A stretch of 64,000 nt of DNA from Lophium mytilinum (Eukaryota), in contig MU004200.1 in NCBI GenBank assembly GCA_010093605.1, positions 248,001 through 312,000 on the forward strand, given 5' to 3'. The notes beneath the pieces were generated by a model. The model was not told the origin of the DNA and did no database searches. It saw only the letters and a list, made by a program, of their open reading frames with translations. A program made the position numbers and the translations under genes. Shown piece by piece: positions 41,506 to 55,055 of this stretch. How positions within the stretch are numbered: the stretch's first letter is position 1; the number at the start of each line of letters is the position of its first letter.

Positions 41506-44500
41506 TCAATCCCCCTCCCAAGCCGGCGTCCACTCCATACCAGGATAACTAACTCCCCGCATGACCGGCTCATCCTCCTCCGCACTGAGCTCAAACGCGA
41601 CGGGTCTCTGTCCACTCGAGCCGATCGCACCCATGTGGTAACCCCTCACACTCCCTCTACTGCGCTCCAGTTCTCTGGCTCTGGCCCTCGCGCGGTCCCG
41701 CTCCGCGCGTTCGCGTTCGCTCTCCACGCGCTCGAGCTCCGATTTCTGCAGCCGCTCGACGCGCTCGCGCTCTTCTTGCTCCAGGAGGCGTTGGCGCAGG
41801 ATCGCAGAGCCCATCTCGATGGAGGAACGAGACGGCGAGGCAGCCATTGTGGAGGGCTGGGGGTGCTGGAGGATGGAGAGGGAGGGTTTGCGGCCTCGCT
41901 CGTTGGGCCCGTCGCCGGGAACGTACTCTTGCTGCGGTGGGGGTTGAGGCGCAGGGATATGCGACGGTGGCGGCATCTGAGGCGGTGGTGGCTGCAGTGT
42001 TGGTGACTGGGGCGGGTAGGTTTTCTCGTCGTTAAAGATTTGGCTTGGCTGCTCGTGAGTGGAGTATGAAGGGGGCGCTTCGTCGGCTGTAACGTCGTTG
42101 TTGTGGTGGTGAGGTACAATTTTCTCATGTGGCACACTTGGGGGAGGCGGCGGAGGTAGCATAGCCGTCATAGGGTTGACTGGGCTCGCTGCGTTTGCTA
42201 GATCTGGCGACATTGGAAGCGGGTACGCAGCTGGTTGCACGGGCCCACCGGCTTGGAGCTGAGAAGGGCGGATAGGGGCGGGCTGAGCTGGTTCTGGTGT
42301 CCGCGAATGGGGATGTTGTTGGAGCTGCATTTGTTGCGAGTGAGGACTTGAATGCTGCTGTTGAGGAGGAGGTATTTGATATGGCTGCGGCGAATGTCTA
42401 GGCAGCACCTCTTTGAAACCCGCGAGGGCTCCTGTTGTGCCTTGAGTACTGATAGGCCTGCCGTGACCTTGAGGCGGATTGGGAGAAGGTGTATTCCCGT
42501 TTCTCGATACCTGAGCCTGATTCTGCGCTTCCATCTGCTGTTGAAGCATCTGCTGATGCTTTATGTATGCAGCTTCATTCTCCACGCCTTCGTCAATGGG
42601 AAGACTTATATTATAAGGGCGTTCCTGGTGGCTACGTGTAGCTTCCGAGATACTTCCCATCCTAGGACTCTTCCCTTGCTGGATCTGCTGAGGCGGCCTC
42701 CCTGGCGAGGGATTGGATACAGGCGAGACCACTCGCGGAGAAGTTGAGCCACGATGATCCCCAGCTGCAGCTGAGTCATACTGCGATTGGCCCGACACCT
42801 GAGGGGATCCCATAGCAGGCCTATGGGAGTCAGAGTATTGGCGTACAGGGCCATTATAAGGCGAAGGAGACGATGACTTCCGCGCTGCGGTCGCTAGTTG
42901 GTTTGGAAGGCTCGGCGTGCGAGCTGTGGGAGCAGCATATTTAGCGGCACCATTGCTGTATGCTGCAGGAATTTGGGGAGTCTCATAACGAGGCTCAGAT
43001 ATCGGGGAGCTCACACTGCGCTGAGATACTGGCGAAGATAAGCCATTCGTGGAGCCATGCATTGAGGTTGGGGACGAAACACGACGCTGGTTTTGGGGAT
43101 GAGGGGATGTAGCAGCTTCTTGGGCAATCGCTCCATAACCGACATTTCCGTGATCATGGGAAAAGCGACCCGGGGCATAAAAGCCGCCAGGTGGAGGGGT
43201 TTCGCCCTCCTCATTGATCCGTCCTACAGTATGTTCAAACGAGGGGTTTGTCGGCGGGGGGCCAGGTCTTGAGTTCTGTGGGCTCATTTGTCTTGATTGT
43301 GGAGGCGGAATCGGAGAAACAGAAGGCGGAAAGCTAGGTGGTTGCTGGGTAGCAGATTGAGCAAGTAGTCTAGTCTCTCCATATGCGCTTGGATATTGTT
43401 GTGATCCCGGGGAAGTCTGAGCTGGAAAAGGAAGGGTTTGCTGGCCTCTTTGGGCAGATGGTGGATATTGTGGCTGTCTATATGCTTCCGAGGGATTTGG
43501 GGGCTGTCCGTAATACTGTTGAGTGGGTACTCCGTAGCCTTGAGCTCCTGGTGGTGGCTGCATACTTGTGCGCTGAGGTGCGTATCCTTGAACTCCTTGA
43601 GGGAGATATTGTAAAGGCATCCCTTGTTGTTGAGGAGGTATGTACTGTTGGGCTCCTTGTGGCGACGGCATCCCTGGACCCGCTCGCGGCTGTTGAGGTT
43701 GAGGCGCATATTGCTGCGGAAACACTGGTGGTTGTCCATAGCCTTGCGTCGGATTCTGAAGTTGCTGAGGTTGTTGGATAGGAGCCTTTTGCCTCTTCTT
43801 CTCCTCCTTTGATAGCTTTTGGGGCTTCGTAGGCGGAACGTGGCCCGTCGACCCGTGCCTTCCAAACAAACTTCCGAGACCGGAGAACCGTCTTTTCTTC
43901 CCGCCATCCGGGAGGAGGGAAGTGGAGGCTCGCTGCGGCTGAGGTTTAGGAGGTTGCGGGGCGCCTGGAGGCGGAACCTGTGGAGGGATGCCTTTGAACG
44001 GCGCTGGACTTGTTGGATATCTCAAATCCACGCGAGAATCTGCGGCATGGGCGACCCGGCTCTCTTGACTGAATTGCGACGCAGTGCCGACGCTCTGAGG
44101 ACGACTGTTTGTTGAAGTGAAGATACTTGATTTGCGCTCTTTCTTCTTGTCCCTTATTTGTTCTGTTGGCAGGTCCCCAACACTAGACTGGTACGAGAAG
44201 GCACGGTGTTGATCATCTGGAGACATGAGCTGGGGGTTTATACGATCATTTGGAGTCACCTGTGCAGGAGGTGGCGTTTGTCGACTACCAAGTTTCTTGA
44301 AAACGGATCCAAGCTTAGGGCGTCCGGAATCTGGTGTGTTGGCCTGGCCTTCTCGGGCAGGTGGTCCTACTCCAGGCAGCTGATACTCGGCGCCTAGAAG
44401 ACGAGGATCCATGGCTTGACGAGCCATCATCTGCTGTTGGGCTTCATATTCGTTTCGTGGTGGGGGGAATTGGGCTCCTTGCATCCGAGGATCCTGGGGC

Positions 44501-47500
44501 GATACTTGACCAGGCGTACGGCCTTGCAGCCTTGGGTCTTGAGGAGAGTACAGTTGACCTGGGGCAGTGCCCTGCTGTCGAGGGTCGCGGAAAATTGGCT
44601 GACCCGGTCCCATCGGGCCCACGGTTTGACCTGGCGGGGCTTGAACTCTTGGGTCTCCAATCTGCATCCTGGGGTCCTGAATCCTTGAGTCCTGCATCCT
44701 GCGGTCTTGCGTTTGTAACTGTTGGACCTTCGGGTCATTCAGCAATCGTGGGTCCTGTAGTCTCGGATCTTGCACTTTAGGGTCGTGCATCCTGGAATCC
44801 TGCCTAGACTGTCCTTGAGGAGGTAATTGCCCAACAGCCTGCTGCTGGGGTAATACTGAACCACCACGGCCTTGAAGCGGATCTTGCTGGCCTTGCATTG
44901 GCGCGACTGGTTGCGGAGGAGCCAGCGCCTGTGGTTGCCTCTCGCCATCAGTCAGTCCTCGTCCCACTGCTTTGGAGGTAGCCAAGGCTACCAAAGGGGG
45001 TGCGAAGCTAGGAGCTGGCGGACCTAAAGGAGGTGACACATGATCGTTCTGCTCTTGGGCTCTCGGTGACGTCGGAGCTGAAGCCAAAGGCTGCTGCACC
45101 GAACTAGATACCTGCGGCGACGCTGGTTGCCCAGATAATTGTTCTCTTTCCCCGTCTTCGGGGTACATCTCGCGATTTATCTGCTCTTGTGGTCTACCCT
45201 TAGCATCTCGTGGGAGCGAAACGAAGCTCATCGGCCTCGACCCCATGTTCCCTCCTCGCCGAGTGACAGGAGATTCTACACTACGATGGGTTTCTTGCTT
45301 TGGAACAGGAGTAACGATAGGAGAAGGCTGTTGTCGGGGCGGTTGCGGAGCTGGAGCAGAAGGCATAGGAGGAATCCTCACTGGCTCACCAGTTCGCTCA
45401 TCATGCAAATCCTTTACGATGCCGTTATGGTCGGCGTAGAGGTCAAAACCGTCGTCGTGGATTGGAGAGAGATGCTCGCTGTTACGTTGTTGCGCAGGAA
45501 CATGCAGTGTCTGGGGAAGAAGTGGTATATCCCCCGCCCTACCCGAACGATCGGATACGGGCGAGTCTGCCACACCCTCAGCAGAGACGGCTTTGGAGAT
45601 TGTTGAGAGCAGAGATTGAGAGCGATGAGCTCCAGCAAACGCTGAGACTTGACTGGGTTGCGATGGTTCACGAGCGATGACCTGGGGAACACGTTCGTGT
45701 TGTGTTGAGGGCTGCGCGGCTTGTGGTATTGTCGCTTGCGCTTGCTCTACCCCTTGAGGTCTAAAGTAACTCCCAACCTGCACGGTTTTAGCGGACTGCG
45801 GAGTCACGACTGTAGCAACGCCTTCTTGAGAGTAGTGCCTCGCAGCAGAAGGTCGATCATCGCGGAGAGACAGCTGCTCTTCGACGCTGCCGTTTTCCCA
45901 TGAGTCCAAAGAGGACCTGGACGGTTCGTAGTCATCATCTACACCCTTATACGTCGTGTTTGCAACAGCGGCCGCATTAGAGGCAAAGGGTTGCCTTGGC
46001 GCGGTAACATTGACGGGGGCGACAACAGGACGACCATCTGACGGCCCGACGACCGCTTTAGTTGGCGTAGGCTCATCAGTCGCCGTTCCAGCGAAATCAT
46101 TGCCACGCGAAGACACGGGAGACACGTCACCAACGCCAATTTGCTCCGTCTCGTAGGCCGGGCGTGGTGTCGGAGTTGATGTGCCTTCTCTCCCATCTGG
46201 CCGAATGGCGGCGGGGGCTCCGTCGCTAGCCACGCTTGCTTGACGGGCCGCAGCAACAGGGCTAATGTTCGCTAGGCGGTCCCTCGTAGGCTGCGAGTTA
46301 GAGGAGAGAAAACTCAGATCTAAGGGTGGGGGTGCTCTATCATCATCATCGTCCGAGGCGTCGTGGTCATCCGAGGATACAACGGGCGAGATATCGCCAT
46401 GGTCTGACGCTTGCGGTCCAGATGTGGGGGAAACGTCCGCTGATCGATGCAATTGCCCTGGCGGCGCTGATGCGGGAAGAGCTTCGTAATGAAGCTGCGG
46501 CGGTCTGTCGTTGTCGTCAACCTCTTCCGCATGTACGTGCCCAGGAATTGCCCTTGAAGTAGGTAACAGATTATGACTAAGCTGCGGGGGCTGGTCATCT
46601 TCATCATATACCTGCGCCTGTCCACTCATTGGAGCTTGTGGGAGCTCGTCCATCTTATCAGGACTCGGTGGATTTGACACCAGTGGCCATGACGGCTCTT
46701 TCTTCTCGTACTCAGCACGAGTCTCAGCGTGTTGCCCAACAGCTTGTTCTGCTTGTTGATCTACTGGTTGCTGAGAAGCCGCAAGGTCTGTACTCTGTGT
46801 TCGTAGAGCATCCGTCACTGGAGGAGTGGAATGCCGAATCACAGACTGGAGATTGCGATGAGATTGGATCTCCCGTTCTCGCTCGTGCTGCTGCTGCCAT
46901 CCTTCCATATCGCTAGGAATTGGAGGTACCGGGGGGACCTCGCCGTCTCTTTCGGCCTGCGCCAGGGAGAAGGCGCTTTTCGCAGGCGAGGGAAGAACGC
47001 CGAGACGGTCAGGCGCGCCTAAGGTCCGAGGGGGAGTCATGTTGACATCGTGTTGCGACGGCTGTTCCTGATTGTTCCATGAGTTGTGCTGCGAATGAGG
47101 ATCATGTATATTCCAAGATTCAGGCGCAGCATAGGACTGAGGACGACTACCTTCCGTAGGGGGAGTCTCTCTCGGGGGCGTGTTTCTTGAGTGGACCGAT
47201 CCATTGGCAAGATCGAAATGTTGATTCATGGGTAGCACGATGCTGGTAGGGCGTGACCGCGAGCGCCGGAATGGGGAGGAGAGTCTCCGTTTCTTGTCCT
47301 TAAGATCACCCTGATCGACCGAGCTCCTTCCGTTTTCGAACTGATTGGGTGCCGTGACCCATTCCGGGGGCTCTTCAGAGGGCTCGCGGGAGGTGGGAGC
47401 CGATGAGATGGACGATCGGGAAGCCTACATCACACAAACATCAACACGTGTTCACAGTGGGAGAGTTCAAGGAGACAAGAGTAAATTAGCATTGTGATTA

Positions 47501-50500
47501 TGAAAAGAGCTGTACATGGCCCTAGTCTCCCATGAGATAGTGTTTACAAATCATGACGGGGTCGTGAGGCCATTGATATACAGTTTCGCAAGACAAAGCA
47601 TTCGTAAGAAGCAAAACGCCCAGACGAAGTAAGAAAAGTAAGGGGATTAAAGGAACGACGACGGCTTGGGAACGGTCGGCGACTCCCGAAAGCCCTTCCC
47701 ACCCTTAAGCCGCCATCGCATGATTCGTCAATCGACACTGCAATCTAGAATGAAAATGAGGACGTAGCAATAGAAATCAATGATCTACCTTGTCTGATCC
47801 GCTCGACTTGAAGCGGCTTTTGCCCTTCGCAAACAGCCCTTTTGCTCCTGTAGTTGCCTTGCCTCCAAATATCCCAGCAGTATGCAACAAGTCTTTGCCC
47901 TTCTTTTCCAGTTGGTGACTAGTGATTCTGGTTCCTGTTCCTCCAGTCGATGGGGTCTGATGGGAAGGCGTGCCACCTGGAGTAGTAGGCGGGGCGCCAG
48001 GCGGCATCTGGGATGCGGCTGCATTATATTGCTCGTAGTACGGAGTCGCTGGTTGCTGTGCGTTGGATGCTGTGCTTTTTCCAAAGAGTGAGATTGAAGC
48101 AGTAGGCCTATGGCGCAAGGACCCTGAAGCCGGAGTTGCTATAGTCGGCCGCGACGTCAAGCTGGACAAAGAAGCATGTTCGGGGTTTGCCGCTAGTGTC
48201 TTGCTCATCCACTCATTCAAACCATGATCCGTTGTTGCCCAGTAGTCCCGCGTTTTGTTGTACGTGGCGATACGATCCGAGGCAGATCTAATGGCAAGAA
48301 TTTCTCGGAATCCCAAAGGCTTGCCCGAAGGAGAAATAGGCTGTGAGGACTTAGCTGTAGGTGGGCGTGGACCCAGCGGAGCCTCGTGAGAAGTAGGCCT
48401 TGGTGCTTGTAGAGCCTCTTCGACCTTTTGCTGCGCTTCCCTCTCTTCTGCCACCTCTTCAGCTAGCCGCGGAGGCATATCTACAGCCTCGGGGTCGATA
48501 GCCGAGTTCACGACGTGTAGCCCTTCAGATGAAGAAGGCCGGTTTAGTGAAATAGGCGACGTCAGTTCGTTGACCTGATCATGGACCGGGCTTTCTGCCT
48601 TCTTGTTTACTTCAGATTGGTCTAGTAGACTCTTATTTTCAGGCTTTGCGTCCGGCTCTGCTACTTGAGGGACAATTTGGGCGCCCGACGTCGCGTGACC
48701 AGGACCAAAGTATGGCTCAGGAACTCTGGCATAAGCATCGTCGTGCGGCGACTCGATACCTGCACGCGCCGCAGAGGGACTCGCAACAGTCTCTGCCTGG
48801 GAGGGGGGTACTGTAGATGCATTTGAGATCTCTGGGCCTGAGTCTGCAGACCGTTCCCAGCTAAACCTGTTGTCCAGAAGACCAGGCCTCGGTTCTGAAG
48901 CGCTCTGTCTAGCCGAGGGGGCTGGCACTGCTTCATTTCCATATCTTGGCTGCACCACAGATTGCCGAGCAACGTCCTTGTCTAGGTCTCCGTCGGCCCA
49001 ATAGCTGTCATATTCACTTGGCAGAATCGAGCTCTCTCGGTTGTTTGAAGTGGGCGCACCAAGCTGGAGAGAAGAGTCGGACTGTTTCAGTGGGCTGAGG
49101 GTCCTGACGATATCTTTTCTCAGCTTATCGCTTTCCTGATCGTGAGGAGAAGGATCTGTGCTAAGCTGCGGCAGCATAGGCGGCCTCGTCGGATTCATTT
49201 CGTGTGGTCCAGGGGTCAGGTCCTCAAAAGAATCATCCTTTGGAGGAGGTGACGGCGGATTGCTTGATTCTGCGGAAGAAACAGTCCTATCAAGCTGCAA
49301 TGGGCGCAGAAAAACATTTCCAGATGCAGCCTTCGGGGCTGTATTGTTAGTGTCTGCGTCGCTTGCTCCCATACCGACGGATGCCTTGATGGCTTCACCC
49401 ATCGCGCTTCCAGCTGCTTGTAGAGCAGCAAGGGCATCGGATTTGGGTGGGGCAGCAGAATGCCGCTGTGTAGTAGGCGTCAAATCAACCTCTTCATCCC
49501 CATCAGTCTTCTTTTCCACATCCGCAGCTGCTTGTGACAGTCCTCCACCCAATTGGCGATCCTTATTAAGCTGCTCCAGTGGCGTTGGTGCAGTTGTAGC
49601 ATATGACTCCCATTGACCAGGCAATTTAGGTCTGAAACTGGGCTCACGATCTGCAGTCGGCCGTAGTGATAATGGCTCCTTCACTGGACTACTGTCACGA
49701 GTGCTGGGTTTGCTTTTGTTGGCTGAGATCATGCTGGGCAAGTCCTCCTGACTCCGCTCCCATGATGCGATGCTAGAATGGGTAGAGCCCCGCCGCGATT
49801 CCGATATGCCACCGAACTTTCCAGCAAGTTCCTGAACCCTTCCCTTATTGGGTGACTCCGATCGAGATCTCGGAGCGCGTTCCAGATCCGAGGTCATCCC
49901 TTGATGAGACTCAAGGAACGATCGTTGAGACTCTTTCTCCGCCTCGCCCACCGCCAAGCCAGGAGCGTCTGGGAGTTTCTTCGCATCAGTGGCGATATCA
50001 GCCTCCCTAGTCGCGTAGTTCGGCAGCGTACTGTTGTCACCGCCAATGGGCTTTCCTGATGACAGTGGGTTCAATGTACTGAGAACAGCAGCTTCAGGTT
50101 CTGGGATCGCCTTCTGAGGTTCGAATGCTGGCGATCGCGCTGGACTCTCTGCAGGGCTTGGTGTGTGTAGACCTGTCTGATGTGGAGGAGTGCCCACAAG
50201 CGACCCAGAAGAAACGTTCCGAGAATGAGCAGGGGATGGTTTCCTATTAACTTTATATCCATCTCCAAGCATTGCCCCGGATGGAGGCCTCGATGTTGGC
50301 GTGCTTGTCTCGCTTGTCTCTTCTGCAATCGCTGGAGTCGAAGATTCAGCACCACCAATGTTTCTAGCTTTTAGGGCTGAAGTAGCAGAGCTTGGCACGC
50401 GGCTCATTATAGGGCTTATTCCATAAGAGCTCTCGGTATTGCTCCTAGATACCCCATCCCCTGACTGTGAGTAGGTGTCCCGATTCGATACTGGTGTAGG

Positions 50501-51932
50501 GGGAATAGAATTGTCGTCGTTCCGGGTGAATGCCTGGTCAACCATGGAGCGAAGGCCTGGATCGCTTCCAATCGTAGAGGATTGAGGGGGAGGTAGACTT
50601 GTGGCGGTTTGCGAAGATGCAGAGTCGGGGGCGAAGTATCTGGGCGAGAAGTCGTCGGCGAATCCTGACATTCTTTGCACCTCAGGTAAGGCGATAGGGT
50701 GGTAAGTCTGAACCGCAGGTCTCTGCTGCGCCGTAGAGGTCGATGGCGGTGGGCCTTGACTAGCAATATTGAAGTCGGGGAGATACTCACTCTTCCGCTC
50801 CACGACCGGCTCTAGCGGCTGGAGTGATCTGCCAGATTCACCGGCCTCACTAAAACGCTCGATACTTGGTCGTCGTCCGGTCCGACCGAAGCTCTCAGCA
50901 CTCCCACGCTCCCTTAGGTCGCGTCCTGCTGTTGACTCCTCTGCAGGCCGCGACGACAGCGAGTCTAGACTAGGCCGCCCTGAGTCCAGGGATTGACGCT
51001 CTTTTACACGCTCCTCCTCAACCCGCTTGTATATGTCCGCAGGCCTTATGAATGGAAGTGGCTTTGTCGGATTACTCGGTGCGCGGCCTCGCGGTGACTG
51101 GGCGGAAGCACTGGCAGGCACACTCGTCGGGAAGTGGGGACCGAGCGCTTCGGAGGGCGAAGGATTGCTTATACTGCTTTTCCGGGGTGGGAAACGTGCT
51201 CCTGCTGGTGATCCGGAGGCACTGCCTGGCGCAGGAGACGCCCTCGTGTGGAGTGGGGGCGGTAAAGCTGAAGGGGAGAAATCTCGACGATGCTGAGGGG
51301 TATCGCTGACTTCGGATTGAGAAGCACTTGGCTGTCGATTTCCAGGCGGCACCTGTGTATTAATTGGTTGAGGCTGCGCAACGGTACGTGCTACGTATTG
51401 CTGGTTCTGCGGTGGAGCAGCTTCGCCAAATCCACCATTTCTGCCCGCTGCACTTGTATCGATAGATGAATTTGTTGGAAAGCCCTGAGGTGCTGCTGAA
51501 GAAAAGGCCCTCCGTTCATCACCCGCGTCGAAGGAGTTCTTCCGGGGTATGGACGGATGGCGCGGCGGCTGAGGGTCTGTGAAGCTCCTTCCGGCCTCTG
51601 TAGCACTTTGTCCCTTCTGCCTCAATCCAGTAGGTACGGAGGGGTTCGAAGGAGGCTCTGGAGGCGGCTCATCCGCGCCATACTCGTCATATTCATCATA
51701 GTCGCCCCAATCGTCTCCACCGTACGAGACCGCCTTTGCCTCGACCCATCGCTTCGTCTTAGTGCGGTTTACGTTAGTCTTAAACGAAGGAGGCTGGCCC
51801 GCAGGATAGAGGTTTGGCTGCGATCGATCTCTGGAGATGTGTTAGCAAAGTCGCATGTGAGGCTGACGGACGACAATCTTACAGCGGCGACCTCGTTGAC
51901 TTTTCTTCGGCGAACTGATATGGCCGAGACAT
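41506..51932 (-). CDS. Giant low-complexity (P/Q/S-rich) protein with FYV8-like N-terminal motif; long isoform ~3336 aa, short isoform ~1367 aa ending at 47777
   Basis: Exons 51932-51883, 51830-47789 and 47424-41506 join in frame (10011 nt). The motif NVNRTKTKRWVEAKAVSYGGDDWGDYD resembles the yeast Fyv8 N-terminus (from memory). It could instead be two tandem genes. Confidence 0.7.
44400..44810 (-). repeat. Degenerate (Q)DPR[LMV] peptide repeats within the coding sequence
   Basis: QDSRMHDPKVQDPRLQDPRLLNDPKV...QDSRIQDPRMQIGDPRV...RDPRQ...QDPRL...QDPRM...MDPRL in the translation. Confidence 0.8.
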
Positions 51933-53249
51933 TATACCGCGATTAATACGTCGGTACCTTTCGGAACTTTGGGAAGGACACTGCCGCTTCTCCTAGATGG
52001 GGAGATATGGAGAGGTGACGCCCCGAGGCCTGCTACGGCGCGGCGCGCATAAACCTGGGGGAGTGACAGCAAAGCGGCCGTGTCGCAAAGCTGACGCTGC
52101 TCGAGGCCCGCGACGAACTATGTTCGATGGCTCGAGGCGGAATGGCGACAAGAGGACGCACTGGAAGGCTAAATAATTGGGGGCCTTAATGCCCTAGGGC
52201 TGTGGTGTAGAAGGAGGTCGGAGCGCGGTTGATGCGGCGAGCCTGTATGGTGTTGGCGACGATCTGCAATCCTGCAGCTGACCTTGACAACTATTAGAAT
52301 GCGAGAGGCACCGGAAAGAAGGAAAAGGATGAAGCAAGCGACGGTTGCTGCTGGGTATGTATGTATGTACAACGAGGGCGTAAGAAAGGCAGCATGCGTG
52401 GAGGCCAGCAGGTAACGCCACGCTCGAATGGCAAGCTCTGGCCCCTTCAATCTTCCCAGGTTCTGAGGTCAGGGCCGATTTCATAAGTGTGGCTGAGCAC
52501 AGCCTCCACTAGTCCATCGTCGTCATCAGTGCAGTTGGTCGTCCTAACTTACAAAAGGTACTGTCCGGCTCGCTAAACATAAAAGTAGCAGCCCAGTTTG
52601 ATTACGTCTGAGGTCACCCAGAGAGCTTTCAAACATCAGAATCGCCTTTTTTCGATTCACGCTGCATTACCAGGGGACCTCCAGCGGTGACAGGCGAGAG
52701 TACACAATCCCAAAGCTGGGTTTTTTTCTAAGAGAATGGAAGTTTAGAGTATCATCATAGATTCGTGGACTGTCACTCTTGTTCAACGAACCCTGATTGT
52801 ATGCGTATTGCTTACAGCACTACGAATACATAGTCTGACAGCTCACAAGCAGTGAGTAAACAGTAATAATGATTGCTTCCCGCGGCCATTTGGACAACTG
52901 TTTGCGATTCAGGTCTGCAGTGCCCAACATACTGGTTTGAACCCCGCCCACGGGAGATATTGCACGCCAATATATTTGAAAGACTCGGCCATTTGTAGTT
53001 TGTAGATTGATTATAGTCGAATAGCGCCCTCATGATTATATTTTCTAAATGATAGGACCTTCCTTGGTAGGTGCACTCCCACCTGACAGGAAAGAAGCTC
53101 ACTTGAAACACATCCTATCCCACCGGGTATATTGACACGAATGAAAACCGCTATGTATGCAGAGAAACTTGCCGCAACTCCACGCTATGCAAAGACGAAT
53201 GGGGTAGCCGAAAATGCTGAAACCCGCGAAATAGAAAAGTCTTGGGAAA

Positions 53250-55055
53250 TCAAGTCGCTGCCCTGCTGTTATAGTCGAGCTGAAAATAGGGCGCCAAAGC
53301 AGTGGCGTCGCCTGCCGGCCCTTCCATTGGGGTGGCGGGCCAGTCGGGATGCGGAATTGAGCCATCAAAACATGTCTCATGCTGCTTCTCGAACTGCCTC
53401 CTCCAGATTTCCATCCTGAGGTCCCATCGAGCAATTGCCTTGCGTCGCCGGACCTCCGCCAAGACGTCTAGCTTACTCGAGTCTCTATGGAACTTCGCGT
53501 CAAGCTGCCCCAACTCCTTTTCAAAGTCGAGGTCCATTTGCACAAGCTCGGTGTGCTGCTTGTGCATTTGCACCTTCACGTCCTTCTCTTGCTTCGAACG
53601 TAAGACATTAATAGCGCTATCGTGTTTGCGTGGGAGACTATCTTGGACAGTGTGCTGTCGCTTCAACTTCTTCCGGTCTTCTTCGGATACAGTATGTCCG
53701 GAACTGTTCGGGCCGTTGCAGTAGGCCTCCATATATTTCAGCGCAGTAGCCATATTCTGGTTCTCTTGCACTTGGGCTCTTCGTAGATCATGCTCTGCCG
53801 CAACTTGAGCCTCCTCAAGCTGCTCTAAATGTTGTGTGTGCTGTGATGCTTAGTTTCAAACCAAAGCAAAGGCGCCAGTAGCTTACCTTATTAATCCTTT
53901 CTACTTTGCTATGCGCCAAGGCAGACGATAGGTTGGACTTTGATTGTTCATAAAATAATAGTAGGGCCTGTCTCTGCCTAGCCTCGAAAGAAACAATCTT
54001 TTTGAGCTGCTCTGTCTGCTGGGCTCGCAATGTCCTAAAGAGGTCGTCCTCCATAGCCTTATCCAGCCGTGCGCATTCTTCCGGCGTCTTTTCAAAGGGA
54101 CTGGGGGGTCCACTTTCGTCAGGAGATACCGAAAATGGCGATTCTACTTGTCTTGTGACCTCGATTGCGTTGTGCTCACTTGATTTGGTAGGGTTTCCGT
54201 TTTCCGTTTCATCTAATAGTGGTAGCGCTTTGGAGAGGCTGTCCAGTTCTGCTTCGGTCAAGGCCATTTCCAGCACTGGTTTTGGAAGAGGCCTTCCACA
54301 ACAGCTAGGTAGGGCATCACGTTCGAGGGCGTCTTGGACGTGGATTCTAATCGCGTACTTCGTGAGACTATGGCCGCACGGGAGGCGAGGCGTGAATGGA
54401 TTTACATGGTGGCTGTGGCGAAGACGAGCCGAGCAAGAGCTGCATTGCCTGTGGATTAGCCTCATATATAGATGGAAAGACAAGTTGCTACTTACTGTGG
54501 CTCTCGACGGAACATGGAGAGCAAGCTGGATCCTCGTCGTCGTTTCAAGCCAGGTCTCTCCGAGACTAATAACAGAGAGCGAGCCGACCCTGCTTTAGAC
54601 GTGGTAGAGGAAGACTGGGCATGGCGCATGGTCGGACGGGGGACGTCTACTGAAAAGCCACGGTTCTCAATCGATATAGAACTTCGTGGTGGGGGAAAAC
54701 TGGGGCTTGCAGGGTGATTATCTGCACATTGGTCCTTGGAGTTTCGGGAGGGATCCGAAGTAAATCCAGTCGAGTGGGATTCGTGTGACCGGACAGACAT
54801 GGAGCTCCTGCGCTCGCTTGAGACGGTGAAGGTGGACAAGGCAGTTGATATATCGTGCAGATCTGGCGCTAGGTCCTGGGTGACGGTAATACCAAGCTGC
54901 CGAGCTTCTTCGAGAATTTCCTGGTCCAATTCATCCTCGTTCTTGCATTCCGGAAGTGACAAAACCTCGCGCTGGTAAATGGCATCATCGAAAAGAGTCG
55001 CGGTTAGAAAGTCGGAAGGCTCCCCCACGCCACCCGGCTGCATCCTTGCGCCCAA
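53250..55055 (-). CDS. Hypothetical protein with a degenerate RING (RBR RING1-like) module and C-terminal coiled coil
   Basis: Three same-strand ORFs linked by GTAAG introns (~54447-54495 and ~53839-53887); CSSC...LPCGH...SCCG; MEAYC and coiled-coil C-terminus. Confidence 0.72.
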
